Shown here piece by piece: positions 63,705-64,000 of a stretch of 64,000 nt of DNA (position 1 is its first letter; each line of letters starts with the position of its first letter). Under the pieces are notes generated by a model. It was given only the letters and a program-made list of their open reading frames with translations, did no database searches and was not told the origin of the DNA. Source of the stretch: an uncultured Acidimicrobiia bacterium (GTDB lineage: Bacteria > Actinomycetota > Acidimicrobiia > Acidimicrobiales > AC-14); contig CAWIIV010000015.1 in the NCBI GenBank assembly GCA_963836205.1, positions 320,001-384,000 on the forward strand, in the 5' to 3' direction. The translations under genes were made by a program, and so were the position numbers.

Positions 63705-64000
63705 CGCTGCCCGCCCCCAACCTCGACGACCGCCGCTTCCAGGATCTGGTCGACGACGCCAAGCGGATGGTGCAACAGCGGTGCCCGGAGTGGACCGACC
63801 ACAACGTGTCCGACCCGGGCGTGACCCTCATCGAGACGTTCGCCTTCATGGTCGACCAGTTGCTCTACCGCCTGAACCGGGTGCCCGAGCTGAACTACCT
63901 GAAGTTCCTCGACCTCATCGGCGTCCGCCTGTTCCCGCCGGGACCGGCCCGGGCACCGGTGACCTTCTGGCTGTCGGCCCCGCAGTCGTCCACCGTCCAC
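63701..64000 (+). CDS. Baseplate J-like protein (runs off the right edge)
   Basis: LPAPNLDDRRFQDLV...PEWTDHNVSDPGVTLIE...YRLNRVP. Confidence 0.93.
   Translation, partial: MTLPAPNLDDRRFQDLVDDAKRMVQQRCPEWTDHNVSDPGVTLIETFAFMVDQLLYRLNRVPELNYLKFLDLIGVRLFPPGPARAPVTFWLSAPQSSTVH

Noticed and set aside
55580-64000. Prophage tail module or T6SS
   Set aside because: No capsid, terminase, integrase or TssJLM; DUF4255, DUF4157 and an Afp15-like ATPase indicate eCIS.

Overview
Very GC-rich actinobacterial chromosome segment (mycothiol amidase, F420 enzyme, GlnR box, many apparently leaderless genes). An Acidimicrobiia-like origin is my inference. The first ~41 kb is mostly housekeeping: trmD-rplS-lepB-DUF2469, an iron(III) ABC transporter, sigK-rskA, mca, corA, an MgtE-type transporter, amtB-glnK-glnD and dnaE2. 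It also holds a group II intron inserted exactly in the mca start codon, a LexA-boxed DUF222/HNH gene and an in-frame double hairpin inside dnaE2. From ~41.2 kb to the right edge lies a Streptomyces-type contractile injection system (eCIS) locus: LuxR regulator, DUF4255, membrane TolB/PD40 protein, AAA ATPase, DUF4157, sheath, two tubes, chaperone, DUF6760, LysM, VgrG, PAAR, gp25 and a truncated baseplate J. Highlights: (1) a ~1,590-aa candidate cargo with annexin-like repeats, a JAB/MPN motif, 20-aa tandem repeats and a PI3/4K-HipA-like kinase; (2) a GGGGGAA slippery site that would fuse the chaperone to DUF6760, like phage gpG/gpGT; (3) an identically spaced operator in both divergent eCIS promoters; (4) an AT-richer peptide/2TM/TauD/GNAT island inside the locus. 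Many single-base frameshifts suggest long-read assembly errors, so pseudogene and fusion calls are provisional. All family assignments come from motif recognition, not database searches.
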